This document shows, piece after piece, positions 10,068 through 20,182 of a stretch of 64,000 nt of DNA (position 1 is its first letter; the number at the start of each line of letters is the position of its first letter). The notes below the pieces were generated by a model that did no database searches, had not been told where the DNA came from, and saw nothing but the letters and a program-made list of their open reading frames with translations. The translations under genes were made by a program, and so were the position numbers. Source of the stretch: Candidatus Dormiibacterota bacterium (GTDB lineage Bacteria > Chloroflexota > Dormibacteria > Aeolococcales > Aeolococcaceae); assembly GCA_963808125.1 (NCBI GenBank), contig CAWEEP010000042.1:510-64509 (forward strand). The letters run 5' to 3'.

Positions 10068-10799
10068 ATGCTGAAACTTAAATCAATAGATGTTGCAGGT
10101 TTAGCGTTAAACATAGCATTGTATGTAGCAGTCGGCTACATTTTCTACAGCTTAATCCCAATTTCATATGGAGGAGTCAGATTCTGGCCTCCAGTCATTG
10201 TTCCCGCGGTCTTCGCCGTCGTGTTTGGTCCGCTTGTTGGCGGAATCGGCGCCGCAGTCGGCATCTTCATAAGCGATGCCATCTTTGGAAACAACCTGTT
10301 GCTTAGCCTGTTGGCTGGGGTAACCAGCAACTTTGTGGCATTCTTCTTAATCGGGTACATCGCCAAGAAAAAAATACGGTGGGCAACACCTGTTGTGGCT
10401 TACGGAATAGCTACAGCATTATTCTTATGGATAGGTTACACGTACACTGGTTTGGACTTCTGGACTAAAATCGCTTTCATGGGCGTTGTTGCAGCAAGTT
10501 ATGTAATATTTTTAGTTCCCGTGGTGATTTTAAGGAACTCGAGATGGCGCAGCTTTGAAGTTGGTTCGATAATCGGTATGCTGCTTGGCGCTGCCATAAT
10601 AGGGGTAACTGTACCCGTTTTCGTACAATACTTTACTGCCGCCGCTACACCATTCACTACAACTATCGCTCTGACAACCTTTTTCTTCACCTTCTTCACC
10701 GAAATCCCGTTCATACTAATCCTTGGACCACCAATAATTGCAGCAGTCAACAAAGCGTTTCCAACATTAGCTAAAAAGAACCAAAGTGAAACTCAGTGA
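10068..10799 (+). CDS. ECF transporter S-component
   Basis: Multi-TM protein with RFWP..VPAVFAVVFGPLVGGIGAAVGIFISD, typical of S-components. Stop overlaps the pantoate kinase start. Confidence 0.8.
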   Translation: MLKLKSIDVAGLALNIALYVAVGYIFYSLIPISYGGVRFWPPVIVPAVFAVVFGPLVGGIGAAVGIFISDAIFGNNLLLSLLAGVTSNFVAFFLIGYIAKKKIRWATPVVAYGIATALFLWIGYTYTGLDFWTKIAFMGVVAASYVIFLVPVVILRNSRWRSFEVGSIIGMLLGAAIIGVTVPVFVQYFTAAATPFTTTIALTTFFFTFFTEIPFILILGPPIIAAVNKAFPTLAKKNQSETQ

Positions 10800-11731
10800 A
10801 AAAAACCGCTAAAGCTTTCGCCCCAGCGGCAATATCCAGCTTTTTTGAAATCCACGACACCCAAAACGGTAAACCAATTACTGATTTGGAGAAAGTTGGC
10901 GCTATAGGTGGAGGTTTTGGACTAGAAAGAGGCGTCACAACAACTGTGACTGCTAAAGAAGCAGAAAAAAACGTCATTAACGTTTTTATTAATTCCAAAC
11001 CTGCCCTGAAAGCAAAAACAACTAAGCAAGTGGTTGAAACGCTTCTGGGAAAAACAGATACAAAATACGCAGTTACCGTTGAACACCAAATTGAAGTGCC
11101 CATTGGAACAGGGTTTGGCACCAGCGCTGGAGGAGCATTAACGGCTGGCTTAGCGCTCAGAGAAGCTACTGGGTTGCCTCTAACATACAATCAGATTGGC
11201 AAAATCGCACATGTTGCCGAGATTCAATGCTTAACTGGCTTGGGAACTGTGAGTTCGTTAACTTTTAGCGGCGGCTGTGTGCTTGTGGTTGAACCCGGAG
11301 CGCCTGGGGTTTGCCAAATTGACCGAATTCCCATAAGCCCCGAGTACATGGTGGTTGCCGGTTATTTCAAATCTAAAATCTCAAAAGATTCAGTATTGTC
11401 CTCGCAGCAGAAAAAGAAGGAAATTAACAATTACGGAAAAAAAACTTAGAACGCCATTTTGGAAGAGCCAACCTTGGAGAATTTCCTAGAATGCTGCTGG
11501 GCCTTCTCACAGAAGGCTGGATTCGCAACTGAAAGAATCCGCCATCTCACAGAGTCAGCGAAGAAGGCAGGTGCAGTTGGTGCAGCTCAAAACATGATTG
11601 GTGAAGCAGTCCACGCTATAGTGCATGAAAAGAACGTAAACTCGGTAGCAGAAGCTTTTAAACAAACCTTGCCCCAACAACAAGTGATAGTTAGCAAGAT
11701 TGATTTTCAGGGCGCTAGGCTGATAAAATGA
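10796..11731 (+). CDS. Pantoate kinase (GHMP family), split by a frameshift in the poly-A run near 11440
   Basis: AKAFAPAAISSFF, PIGTGFGTSAG (GHMP), AHVAEIQCLTGLGTV and C-terminal AAQNMIGEAVHA. Confidence 0.88.
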
Positions 11732-12210
11732 AACAATTCAAGAAAGTTGCAGTTGGAGGAACTTTTGACGAACTCCATAGAGGTCACAAAGCATTACTTG
11801 ACATGGCTTTTGAAGTTGGAGACAGAGTTGTTATCGGCTTATCGTCTGACGCGTTTGTTTCAAAAATGGGCAAACCCCACAGAACAGCCACTTATGATGA
11901 ACGACGCAGGGAACTGGCTGCTTTTATAGAGGCGTCTGGGTTAGATGGAAAAGTCGAAATTGTGCCGTTGGATGACCCATTTGGCTTAACTATTTCTGGC
12001 AAAGGTTTAGAGGCGTTGGTTGTTAGCAAAGAAACCGAGAAAACAGCCCAAGCGATAAACCAAAGACGTAGACTGGCCGGGTTTGAACCGCTTGAGATAG
12101 TCATTGTAAACATGGTGCCAGCAGAAAACAATACTCCAATTTCCACAACTCGAATTCGCAGCGGAGAAATCGACCGCAACGGGCATATGCTAAAGGCTGC
12201 TCAAAAGTAG
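11728..12210 (+). CDS. coaD: Archaeal phosphopantetheine adenylyltransferase
   Basis: VAVGGTFDELHRGH, LVVSKET, ISTTRIRSGEIDRNG. Confidence 0.93.
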   Translation: MKQFKKVAVGGTFDELHRGHKALLDMAFEVGDRVVIGLSSDAFVSKMGKPHRTATYDERRRELAAFIEASGLDGKVEIVPLDDPFGLTISGKGLEALVVSKETEKTAQAINQRRRLAGFEPLEIVIVNMVPAENNTPISTTRIRSGEIDRNGHMLKAAQK

Positions 12211-12220
12211 TTTTTATGTG

Positions 12221-13154
12221 TTAAAGTATTTCTCCTACAATGTTAATTGGTTTAGGAATGAGCGAAGTTAAGTCCTCAAGTTTTTCTTTATCGATTGTGG
12301 CTAAAATAACCGTGGCGGGACCTGCTGATTTATTCACGTCTAACCCTGGTGTCTCGAGAAATTTTAGTTGTCTTCCTACTCCGTATGCCATAATTCTCGC
12401 TTCACTAGCGATCCCAAACCCGCCGACAGGAGAAATGTCATGAACGTATTTTCTCTGTGAAAGCTGAGTAACGTTTTTGAGATCCGCAATTTCCCCACGC
12501 GCTTCCGCCGCAATCACTTCATCTCCAACTTTCGGTTTTCCGATCGCGACTATTAAGTCGCCTGGGCAGGTTTTTCCAAGTCTAAGCTCGTTCTCATTTG
12601 CAAAACCAACAACAGTTAATCCTGCGCCAGTCTGTGAGGTGGCAAAATTATCTTCCGTATTCTCCATCAGGACTTGGTTTGGATCAAGACCTATGCTTCG
12701 GGCTTCTCGTCTTATACCCTCAAGTATTGCGTTGCCTGTGGGTTCCTTCTCAACACCTAACGTAACCGATAAAAGGACAGGAAACGCTCCAGTCGCTATA
12801 ACATCCATCAAGGCAACTCTTGCCAAAAATTTCCCCAAAACCTGTCCATCTACCTTGACTTTATCCATTTCTTTGGGTCCAACAGCGCCAGAAGACGTAG
12901 AGCCTGCAACAATGGCGTGTCCAGTTGGGACTTTTAGGATTGAAACGTCGCCTCTTCGGGTGTAGTTTATTTGGGCAGGTTTAACCTGGAAAACTATCGG
13001 TCGCAACATGGTGCCTACATTTTCAGTCAAATGAATGTAAATTGTTAACGCTTGGCGCATAACTTCTGAACGGGTGAGGCTATGTTTCCTTGCGAGTTTA
13101 TCTAAAGTCTGAGATGATTTTTTCAGGTAAACGAACGTTAACGATTTCCATCAT
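12221..13154 (-). CDS. Ribbon-helix-helix + alpha-ribazole kinase (CblS)/AIR-synthase-fold fusion (frameshift ~13105-13115)
   Basis: ATG 13154 gives MMEIVNVRLPEKII, and after a 1-nt shift LDKLARKHSLTRSEVMRQALTIY (RHH). The body has ARVALMD, EKEPTG, TEDNF..SQTGAGLTVVG, IGKPKVG and KSAGPAT. Confidence 0.78.
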
Positions 13155-13231
13155 TGGTCACTGCTACTTTGTATTACGTTGAATGGAATCCCAAACGCTA
13201 TGCACCGAGCGGATACTCCGGCAGCATCCAT

Positions 13232-14004
13232 CGGCCCATCTCGATGGTGCGGATGCCAAAGCGGTCCGATGGCGTCCGTTCACCGTCGCCGCTTGCCATC
13301 GCGATTTCCAGGCGGTAGAGCGGGTGATCGCCCATGCCGTTGGGCCACCAAGTTTCGGATTGTGCAACTCGATCGAGCGTTCCCAGTAGGAAATGCCCTC
13401 GGCACTTTCTGTCTCGATTCCTCCTGCCATACCGCGCGGCCGGTTTGGAGATCGACGATGCCGGCGCAAAAGATGTTCCTCGAACGCCTTGCCGACGTTG
13501 GTAATCATCGTGGAAGCGAGAGCCGGGCCTTGCCGGGGGAAATCGCCTCGGTCTGCACGACCGGGGTCTCGCAAAACGCTTGGCCCGTGCAGACCAACCG
13601 CACCGGCTGCCAAATGCCGATTGAGCGGTAGCGATTGGCCCATTGATAGCTGATGCCGTCGACCGCCTTCGATTTGATCGCTTCGCCGGCCAGCACCGCG
13701 GCCGAGGGCTCGTCGGCCGCCGGTTCGTGCAACAGGCGAACCAGCAGCGTATGCTCTTTACCGGGCTGGAGACGATTGGAAACGTCGAACGTCGGGCCGC
13801 CGGCCATCCCTTCATGCAAGCCGAGGAACTGCCCATCGAGCCAAACGGCGGCGAAATAGTCGAGGCCGTCAAAGCGCAGGCGAATCGTGCGGCCGCACCA
13901 CTGCTCGGGGATACGGAAGCTCCGCCTTACGTACCAGTCTTTCTTCTGGATGAAGCGGAGTTGCTTGTAGTTGTCGGCGTACCAAGGGTTGGGAACTTTC
14001 CGGC
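13232..14004 (-). CDS. Internal fragment of a glycoside hydrolase family 2 (beta-mannosidase-like) protein, frameshifted and truncated at both ends
   Basis: IQKKDWYVRRSF, LRFDGLDYFAAVWLDG, GIWQPVRL, PKLWWPNGMGDHPLYRL and FGIRTIE occur across frames. Confidence 0.8.
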
Positions 14005-14365
14005 TTGAAAGGCGCCAACTGGACTGTGGCCGGCAGTTTGCAACCCAATTCCAGTTTTTGTCTCCAGCTTCAGGAAGGCGTTCATGCGTACGCGGTCTAT
14101 GCCGAGGATAAAGCGCGCAACCGTACGCAACCGGTAACCGGCACGATCGGTTTTCTTAAGTCCAGGCCCGTATTGCAACTGCGCAAACCGGCGCGGCCTC
14201 CCGAAACGGTGCGGATACCGCCGGGAAGACCCGGAGGCGATTTTCAACCCCTGTATACCATTGAATTTTCCATTCTCAATTTACCGGATAACGATATGCG
14301 GGTCATCAAACAGGCAACGGTTATCAATACCAGCACCGGACAAACTTCCGTGCAAAAGGATCTGC
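14005..14365 (+). CDS. Fragment of an unknown, possibly Ig-like beta-rich protein
   Basis: Open frame LQEGVHAYAVYAEDKARNRT...YTIEFSI. GC is visibly lower than on either side and no native start or stop is apparent. Confidence 0.4.
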
Positions 14366-15317
14366 TCGCGGCCGGTCTCCCCGTAGCCGTAAATGAAAAT
14401 GAGCGCGGAGAGCACCAGCGAGACCACGGCGGCCAGGGCGGTGTCTTTCTGCGACTGGGCCATTTCGTCCATCTCCAGCACCGGTTCCCCCGTCAGGCCG
14501 ACGTTGAGACCCGGCACCTCGGTCTGCGTTTCCTCCACCAACTGCCGCAGGCGCACCACCGCCGCGCTGTTCAGCTTCTCGTCGGCGCCTGGCAGGTCAC
14601 CAGGTAGATGCGTCCTTTGTCGAAGGTGACGTAAATCTTCTGCTCGGCTTCCTCCCCCGGGTCGAACAACGCCGTGATCCCTGGCGACGGTGGTGTGCCC
14701 GAGCGGCGCAGGCTGGCCGTGGCCTGAGTGATAATGCGTTCCAGCGCCGGCAGCACTTTGACCAGCGATTCATTTTCGGCGTTGGTCTCCTGCTTGGCCG
14801 TGCGGAACTGCGCGCAAACCATGTTGAAGAGCGACACGAGGTTCGTCGTGCGGGTAAACTGTGTGAGGAAAGGACGGAAATCCTTCAGCTTCTGGCTCAG
14901 GCCGGCCAAGTCCTCGTCGGGAACGAACAGGAGCGCCTTGGGGCCCAGCATCTTGAGGTCCCCCTTGTAGAACACGTTATGGAACACCTTCGGCTCGGCC
15001 TCGAGCTTGGCCCCCAACCGTTCCACAAACTGGCGGTTCTTCTCGGCGTTCTCGCTATCGACCACCACCACCAGGTCATCCTGCGTCGGGAACTCCTTCT
15101 TGAATCGTAGGAAGTTCTGGTGGTAGCTTCTTGTTGGCGCCCACCAAATTGTTGCGGTTCGTGTCGAATTGCAGGGTATTTGGCAGTGTAGAAGATGCAG
15201 AGGGCGAACAGCGCCAACTGCGGATAGAAGAATAGACGCCGATGCCCAAAGACCACCCGGCCAGCCAGCCAGGCATCGCGCCACCAGACTGTCTTCCCTG
15301 AGCCGCTTAATCTTCAT
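14366..15317 (-). CDS. MMPL/RND-family transporter (hopanoid HpnN-like), 5' part only, frameshifted
   Basis: LQFDTNRNNLVG, FKKEFPTQDDLVVVV, NVGLTGEPVLEMDEMAQSQKD. Truncated after the first TM of the MMPL domain. Confidence 0.75.
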
Positions 15318-15395
15318 TCGCGCGCTTGCCCTTCAAATGCACCGATGAACTGTGGATTGACACGGATGAACCGTTCCGGGGTTTTCCAGTTGGAT

Positions 15396-16090
15396 TCAGG
15401 CCCCGGCCGGGGCTGCGTCGTCGGGTTGTTCCGCGTTGGAATAGACCTCTTTCACGTCATCGTGGTCTTCCAATGCGTCAATCAGCTTGTTCACGGCCGC
15501 CACCGCCTGGTCGTTTGCCAGCGGCACGGTGACCGTTGGCAGCTCCGTCACTCCCGCCGCCTCGGCTTTGATGCCTTTGGCCTCGATCTGCTTGTGGACC
15601 GCTTCGAAGTGAGCCGGATCGGTGATGATCTCGTATCCTTGCGGCTCCGCCTTGAAATCCTCCGCGCCAGCCTCCAGGGCCACCCCCATCAACTGGTCTT
15701 CGTTGGCGGCCTCGCGGGCGATGATGATTTGCCCCTTGCGGTGGAAAAGTCTGGTTACGGAGCCTTGCGTGGCGATGCTGCCGCCCGTCTTGGTGACGAG
15801 GCTGCGGATTTCCGAGGCGCTGCGGTTGCGATTGTCGGTGCTCACCTCGACCAGGATCGCCACGCCGTGCGGCCCGTAAATCTCGTAGGTCAGGTCCTCG
15901 AAATTGGCGGTCTCGCCGCCGCCGGTGCCTTTCTTGATCGCCCGCTCGATGTTCTCGCGCGGCATGTTGGCCCCGCGGCACTTGAGCAGCACCATCCGCA
16001 GGCGCGGGTTCATATTCGGGTCGCCGCCCCCGATCTTGGCGGCGATGGTGATTTCCTTGCTCAGCTTCGAGAAGATCTTCCCGCGCTTCG
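15396..16090 (-). CDS. yebC: YebC/PmpR family protein, N-terminus cut off at the junction
   Basis: KRGKIFSKLSKEITIAAK..GGDP..NPRLR...NMPRENIERAIKKG...YEIYGPHGVA...TDNRNR...LEDHDDVKEVYSN. Confidence 0.93.
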
Positions 16091-18427
16091 CTACGAGCCG
16101 CTCGCCCCCGTCCCGCAGCCGGCCCCATCGGCCTCCTTCGCCACCGGCGCCGACGGCGTGGCCGCCGTCCCCCCGGAGGCGTCCGGCGCCTCCACCGGCG
16201 CCGGCGGCTTCGCCGTCGCCCTGCTCCTCATGGCGGCGGCGACCGCGTCCGTTCTCACCGGGGGCTGGCCCTCGGCGGCGGCCCCCACCCTTCTGGTCAG
16301 CCTCCTCGCCGTCACCGAAGCCACCCTGCTGGCGCGCTCCGGTCTCGGCCGGCTGGGAGTGGTTCTCCTCGCGGTGCCCCTCTGTGCGGCCGTCGTGGTG
16401 CCGGTGACGATCGGCATCCTCCCCCCGCTCTCACCGGGTGGCGGCGTGCTCCCGGTTATCGGGCAGTATCTGGCGGGGGCCTTCACTGGTCTCTTCGCCA
16501 CCGACAACTGGAGCTTCACGGTGGGGCTCTGCTCGGCGCTTTGGCTGTGCGGCTACTGGGTGGGCTGGATGGCCTTCCGGGAACGGCGGGGAGTGCTCGC
16601 CGTGCTCCCGATTCTGGTGGTGCTCGCCTGCAACGCCCTCAACGCCCCCTCCGTCCGCCGCTCGACAGGGGCCCTCTCCGGGGTGGGCGCCGCCGAGGCG
16701 ATCGCGCTGCTGGCCGCCGTCGTGCTCATCGGCGTCGCCGAGTTGGGCGAGCTCAACTTCGGCTGGAATTGGCGCCGGGTGCCGACCCTCCCCGGTCTCG
16801 GCGCGCGGTTCCGGAGCTCAGCGCTCCTCGCCGGCGGGGGTGTGGTGCTCGCCAGCCTGCTGATCCCTCCCGCATCGACCACGGCGGTCTCCGGCTCCTT
16901 CCTCTTCGGGCCGCGACTGGGCGCCGGCCCTGGGGGGGCGGCGGCGCGTACGTGGGTTTCAGCCCCACCGTCGTCCCGGGCGGCGCGCTGAAGAGTGACG
17001 ACGCGTCCGTGCTCACGTACTACACCGACCAGGGGGTCTCCGCATACCTGGGGGTCGTCAGCGACACGGTTTTCACCAACGGCGACTGGGGGGTGGACGA
17101 GGACCCGGCGACCACCAGCGCGCGGCCGGTGACCGGGACCATCAGCCGCGACCCTCAGGGCCTCGGACCGTCCGTGTCGGACGTGACGCTCCACATCACC
17201 TACGCCGGCTCGGCCACCGCCCAGGCGGGCACCAACTTGGCACTCTTCGCTGGCGAGCCCACCTCAGTCGACCACGACGGCACCGCCGTGGGTGAGGCCA
17301 CCGCCCAGGGGTTCCTCACCGTCGACCAGGTCGACCTCGGGTCGGGCACGCTGAAGAGCCTCGTCTCCTCCAGCATGGTGAACACCGCCACCCAGATCCA
17401 GCTCGAGACGTCCGGCACGGACTACCCGTCCTGGGTGGGACCCGGCACCGAGTTCACAAGCTTCCCCTCGGCCACCTCCAACCCCGAGGCGGCGATCATC
17501 CACACCCTTGCCCTGCAGTGGACGGCGGGCGCCGCCAACCCGTATGACGAGGCGACCGACATCGAGGGCCATCTGCGGCAGACCGGTGCCTTCTTCTACA
17601 CGCTGTCTCCGCCCACGGCGCCATCGGGGACGTGGCCGATCGTCTACTTCCTCACCGACAGCCACCAGGGATATTGCCAGTACTTCGCCTCGTCCATGGG
17701 GGCGATGCTGCGCAGCCTGGGGATCCCCTCGCGGCTGGTGACGGGGTACGGTCCCGGCCTCCCCACCGGCAAGTTCACCCTTGGCGGGCAGCCGTATTAC
17801 CGGGTGACCAGTGACAACGCCCACTCATGGGTCGAGGCCTACTTCCCCACCTACGGTTGGGTTCCCTTCGAGCCGACGCCGCCCTCGGCGGAGGGCACCT
17901 ACTCGCCCTTCCAGCGCGGACCGGTGGCCACGCCCATCCCCACCAGCGCGCCCACTGCCACCCCGGCCCCGCCGCGGGCCCACCCCACGCCGATCGCGAC
18001 GACCCCCGTTGCAACAAAGCCGAAGGGCGGCTCAAGGCTGTCGCCCGCCTGGGCGATCGCCCCGGGGACCGTCCTGGTCGTGGCCCTGCTCCTCGCGCTC
18101 TCCCTCCTCTGGTGGCGCCGGCCGCGCACCCTGAACGGCGCCTGGCGCCGGCTCCGGCTGGCCGCTCGCATCGCTGGCCTCGAGGGCAAGCCGAGCGAGA
18201 CGCGCGCCGCCTTCGCGCGCCGCCTCGCCCACGCTCTGGAGGGCACGGGCCCACCGCTCCTCGAGGCCGACCTGGCCACCATGGCCTTCATCTCTGGCAA
18301 GGCGGAGTTCAGCCAAACGGGCCTGGACGGCGCGGATCGCGACCGCTGGCTGGGCGCCTGGGCGGTCATCGCCCGCCGGGCACCGCGGCTGCTACGCCAC
18401 CGCGCCGGTCGCTCCCACCCCGTCTGA
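16091..18427 (+). CDS. Membrane-anchored transglutaminase-domain protein (TgpA-like), frameshift in the G-run ~16935, start probably missing
   Basis: Multi-TM N-terminus, then GYCQYFASSM..MLRSLGIPSRLVTGY...AHSWVEAYFPTYGWVPFEPTP. Confidence 0.88.
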   Translation, partial: LRAARPRPAAGPIGLLRHRRRRRGRRPPGGVRRLHRRRRLRRRPAPHGGGDRVRSHRGLALGGGPHPSGQPPRRHRSHPAGALRSRPAGSGSPRGAPLCGRRGAGDDRHPPPALTGWRRAPGYRAVSGGGLHWSLRHRQLELHGGALLGALAVRLLGGLDGLPGTAGSARRAPDSGGARLQRPQRPLRPPLDRGPLRGGRRRGDRAAGRRRAHRRRRVGRAQLRLELAPGADPPRSRRAVPELSAPRRRGCGARQPADPSRIDHGGLRLLPLRAATGRRPWGGGGAYVGFSPTVVPGGALKSDDASVLTYYTDQGVSAYLGVVSDTVFTNGDWGVDEDPATTSARPVTGTISRDPQGLGPSVSDVTLHITYAGSATAQAGTNLALFAGEPTSVDHDGTAVGEATAQGFLTVDQVDLGSGTLKSLVSSSMVNTATQIQLETSGTDYPSWVGPGTEFTSFPSATSNPEAAIIHTLALQWTAGAANPYDEATDIEGHLRQTGAFFYTLSPPTAPSGTWPIVYFLTDSHQGYCQYFASSMGAMLRSLGIPSRLVTGYGPGLPTGKFTLGGQPYYRVTSDNAHSWVEAYFPTYGWVPFEPTPPSAEGTYSPFQRGPVATPIPTSAPTATPAPPRAHPTPIATTPVATKPKGGSRLSPAWAIAPGTVLVVALLLALSLLWWRRPRTLNGAWRRLRLAARIAGLEGKPSETRAAFARRLAHALEGTGPPLLEADLATMAFISGKAEFSQTGLDGADRDRWLGAWAVIARRAPRLLRHRAGRSHPV

Positions 18428-18460
18428 CCGCGGGGCGGGCCCCGCGCCCCTGGATGCGGC

Positions 18461-19189
18461 TCACGAGAGGTCGAGGGTGAGCAGGTCGTGGGCGATCAGC
18501 GCCCCGGGCACGGATCCGCGACCCGGTAGGTGATTGAGGAGGAAACGTACCTCAGGGTACCCGGCCACCAGCTCCTCCACCTCTCCCCGCCAGAGGTGGC
18601 CACCGCCCGCTGGCCCATCCCAGTTGGAGCACTCGCAGACCAGCACGTCCACCTCGGCGCAGAGCCGGCGCAGGCCGGCGCAGAGGGTGGTGTCGCCGCT
18701 GAAGCCGACCCGCACGCCGTCCTTGGCCACCGCATACGCCAGCGATGGGCCGGTGCTGTGGACCACCGCGTGGCTGCGCACCCGGTACTCGCCGAACCGG
18801 ACGTCGCCGCCGTCCTGGAGGACGGCGTAACCCGGTGCCACCCTCTCGTCGATGCGCCGCTGCGTGCCGGGACCGAAGCCCACCCCGATCAGCCCCTCCA
18901 CCATATCCCGGGTCCCCACCGGGCCGGCGATGACGAGGCGTCCCGGCTCGGTCCGGTCGTCCCACGCAAGGGCGCCGAGGAGGAGCGGCAGCATCGCCGT
19001 GTGGTCGTAGTGAAAGTGGGTGAGCAGCACCAGACGAATGTCGCGGACGCTCAGCCCGAGGCGGGGGAGGAGGAGATGCGGCGGTGACCCCACGTCGACG
19101 AGGACGTGCTGGTCGAGCAGTGTCGCGGCGTTGCCGCCGCCGCCGCCGAAGGCGTTGCCGCTGCCCAGGATCGAGAGGCGGACGGGCAT
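18461..19189 (-). CDS. MBL-fold metallo-hydrolase (RNase Z-like)
   Basis: ILGSGNAF, LTHFHYDH, FSGDT. Confidence 0.88.
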   Translation of the reverse strand: MPVRLSILGSGNAFGGGGGNAATLLDQHVLVDVGSPPHLLLPRLGLSVRDIRLVLLTHFHYDHTAMLPLLLGALAWDDRTEPGRLVIAGPVGTRDMVEGLIGVGFGPGTQRRIDERVAPGYAVLQDGGDVRFGEYRVRSHAVVHSTGPSLAYAVAKDGVRVGFSGDTTLCAGLRRLCAEVDVLVCECSNWDGPAGGGHLWRGEVEELVAGYPEVRFLLNHLPGRGSVPGALIAHDLLTLDLS

Positions 19190-19293
19190 CTCAGGCCGGT
19201 CGCGGCACGGGGCCGCCGAAAGGGGCGGCGCGGACGGTGCGGTGTGTCATGAGTGCGACCTCCGCATCGTAGCCGCCGGGGGGCCGCCTCCAT

Positions 19294-19420
19294 AACCCGA
19301 TCGCTATGGCCATCGTCGAAGGCGCTTCTCCGAGGGCGACACCGTCCTGCTGGAGGCCAAAGGCGGCGAGGTGAGCATCGGCGGGGCGAGCCGGCAGCTG
19401 TGGCGCCCCAGCCCGCCTGA
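19294..19420 (+). CDS. 3'-terminal fragment of a ClpB/ClpC-type AAA+ chaperone (marks a junction)
   Basis: With one indel it reads NPIAMAIVEGRFSEGDTVLLEAKGGEV, matching the Clp D2-small C-terminus. It abuts the tail of a minus-strand gene. Confidence 0.6.
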
Positions 19421-19459
19421 CGCTCCCGATCCCGGCCGCCTTGGCTACTCTGTGGGGCC

Positions 19460-20182
19460 ATGGATCAGCCGGCGCGCGCCCCCCGGTTCAGCCCGCTGCT
19501 GCTCGGCGTCAGCGCCCTTTTCGTGGCCTGCCTGGTCACCTCCAACATCATCGCCGTCAAGATCACCCGCTTCGGGCCGCTCACGGCCCCGGCAGCGCTC
19601 GTGATCTTCCCCCTCGCCTACCTCTTCGGCGACGTCCTCACCGAGGTCTGGGGCTACGCGGTGGCGCGGCTGGTGATCTGGACAGGGTTCTTCGCCAACA
19701 TCGTCGCGGTCTCCTTTATCGCCATCGCCATCGCCCTGCCGAGCGATTCGAGCTTTCACGGGCAGGCGGCCTTCTCCACCATCCTCGGCCAGTCCCCGCG
19801 GCTGGCCCTCGCCTCGCTGGTCGCCTACCTGTGCGGCGAGTTCCTCAACAGCTTCCTGCTCGCCAAGCTGAAGCTGGCGACCCGGGGGCGCTTCCTCTGG
19901 ACCCGCACGATCGGCTCCACAGTGGTGGGCCAGGGGGTGGACAGCGCCATCTTCCTGAGCCTCGGCTTCCTCGGCACCCTGCCGGGCTCGGTGGTGCTCA
20001 CCAGCATCGGGAGCGTCTGGTTGCTCAAGGTGGTCTACGAGGTCGCCGCCACGCCGCTCACCTACCTGATCGTCACCGTGGCCAAGCGGGTCGAGGGCGT
20101 CGACACGTACGACCGCCACACGTCGTTCGCGCCCGTCCGGCTGGCGGGCCTCCGCAGCCTCTTCAAGGAGCGCGCCGCATGA
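19460..20182 (+). CDS. yhhQ: Queuosine precursor transporter (VUT family)
   Basis: SNIIAVK, FPLAYLFGDVLTEVWGY, LASLVAYLCGEFLNS, RTIGSTVVGQGVDS. Confidence 0.93.
   Translation: MDQPARAPRFSPLLLGVSALFVACLVTSNIIAVKITRFGPLTAPAALVIFPLAYLFGDVLTEVWGYAVARLVIWTGFFANIVAVSFIAIAIALPSDSSFHGQAAFSTILGQSPRLALASLVAYLCGEFLNSFLLAKLKLATRGRFLWTRTIGSTVVGQGVDSAIFLSLGFLGTLPGSVVLTSIGSVWLLKVVYEVAATPLTYLIVTVAKRVEGVDTYDRHTSFAPVRLAGLRSLFKERAA

Noticed and set aside
14005-14607. 200-aa ORF as a single gene
   Set aside because: It crosses the ~14365 junction. The C-terminal part is the antisense of the MMPL gene.
13190-16090. Horizontal transfer of bacterial genes into an archaeon
   Set aside because: The genes are truncated mid-frame with no mobility signatures. 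Concatenation or chimerism is more parsimonious.
15345-16991. 548-aa plus-strand ORF
   Set aside because: It is chimeric: the first half is the antisense of yebC and the second half is the transglutaminase TM region, joined across the ~16090 junction.
19400-19459. preQ1 riboswitch upstream of yhhQ
   Set aside because: No stem-loop with an A-rich tail, and almost no leader space after the clpB-like fragment.
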